Shown here: positions 62,771 to 64,000 of the stretch, piece after piece
Numbering within the stretch: the stretch's first letter is position 1
Layout of the letters: every line of letters starts with the position of its first letter
Source: Paraspadella gotoi
Lineage: Eukaryota > Animalia > Chaetognatha
DNA: 64,000 bases
Reading direction: 5' to 3'
Assembly: GCA_051294375.1 (NCBI GenBank)
Contig: CM119270.1
Location: 20,544,417 to 20,608,416, forward strand
Made by a program: the position numbers and the translations under genes
The notes under the pieces: model-generated
Told to the model about the DNA's origin: nothing
The model's database searches: none
The model's input: the letters and a program-made list of their open reading frames with translations, nothing else

Positions 62771-64000
62771 TTTTATTTACTATTTTTTTTCTTTTTATTT
62801 ATTTTATTTACTATTTTGTCTTTTTATTTATTTTCTTTTTTTTTCTTTCTCCTTTTCTCCATTCTTCGTTTGTCGGCCCACGTTCCTCCTTCGGGTTCCT
62901 AGGAGCGTTTTGATTTGGCAGATTCGCGATCAGCGNNNNNNNNNNNNNNNNNNNNNNNNNNNNNNNNNNNNNNNNNNNNNNNNNNNNNNNNNNNNNNNNN
63001 NNNNNNNNNNNNNNNNNNNNNNNNNNNNNNNNNNNNNNNNNNNNNNNNNNNNNNNNNNNNNNNNNNNNNNNNNNNNNNNNNNNNNNNNNNNNNNNNNNNN
63101 NNNNNNNNNNNNNNNNNNNNNNNNNNNNNNNNNNNNNNNNNNNNNNNNNNNNNNNNNNNNNNNNNNNNNNNNNNNNNNNNNNNNNNNNNNNNNNNNNNNN
63201 NNNNNNNNNNNNNNNNNNNNNNNNNNNNNNNNNNNNNNNNNNNNNNNNNNNNNNNNNNNNNNNNNNNNNNNNNNNNNNNNNNNNNNNNNNNNNNNNNNNN
63301 NNNNNNNNNNNNNNNNNNNNNNNNNNNNNNNNNNNNNNNNNNNNNNNNNNNNNNNNNNNNNNNNNNNNNNNNNNNNNNNNNNNNNNNNNNNNNNNNNNNN
63401 NNNNNNNNNNNNNNNNNNNNNNNNNNNNNNNNNNNNNNNNNNNNNNNNNNNNNNNNNNNNNNNNNNNNNNNNNNNNNNNNNNNNNNNNNNNNNNNNNNNN
63501 NNNNNNNNNNNNNNNNNAAAAAAAAAAAAAAAAAGAGAAAATGCTTTGGATTCTGAGTCGATGCCAGATGGAACCTTCGTTGCTCCTGGTGACTGGAATC
63601 CATGATGGAAAAGAAGGAGGATAAAAAGGAAAAAGGGAGGAAAAGAAAAAAAAAGAAATGGAGGAAAGTAAAAGGAGAAAGAGGAAGGAAAAAAATGGAG
63701 GAGAGGAAAGAGGAAAAGGGAGGAAAGGAAAAATGTAGGACAGACCGATGGACAGACATACCGACGGACCGACAGACTGACAGACCGATCGAAAAGTGAC
63801 TCATAGAGTTAAAAAAGAGAAAGGAAAAAAAAATTGCATAAAATAAGGAAGAGGCTTCCTCTGATCAGGTGCCCGAAAAAGATAAGTTAGAACTTACCTC
63901 GTCGTCGGAATATTAAGTTGCGAGGAATAAAATAAATTACGAATTACAAAAACTCGTTGAAAAAAAAAAGACCGAGGTGAAAATTTGGGTGAACAAAATC

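Noticed and set aside
62249-63804. Long ORFs spanning N runs
   Set aside because: They are open only because of assembly gaps.

Overview
Repeat-rich, AT-rich eukaryotic (animal, probably arthropod or crustacean-like; inferred) draft-assembly window with many N gaps, three of them exactly 25 N, and stretches that look like unpolished long-read fill. Main contents: (1) a ~10.6 kb minus-strand Ty3/Gypsy LTR retrotransposon (5.58-16.18 kb) with a 5' LTR, tRNA-Leu PBS, gag, protease (DTGA), RT (YVDD), RNase H, integrase and an env-like third ORF. It has an unusually long RNase H-integrase linker that seems to hold a degenerate dUTPase-like segment and a second HHCC-like motif. (2) Penelope-like elements (GIY-YIG fragment, inverted pseudo-LTRs) carrying five complete and one truncated minimal hammerhead ribozyme motifs. 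(3) Two long intronless multi-TM ORFs, one with clear XK-related scramblase motifs. (4) A compact minus-strand cluster of unrecognised, partly spliced ORFs at 54.8-60.1 kb. (5) Many non-autonomous elements: HINE/DINE-like elements, TA-MITEs, a tRNA-SINE, a 70-bp hairpin with an 8-bp TSD and a LINE RT fragment, plus micro- and minisatellites. Several large inverted or tandem duplications beside gaps are probably assembly artefacts. All calls are by eye; no database searches were run.
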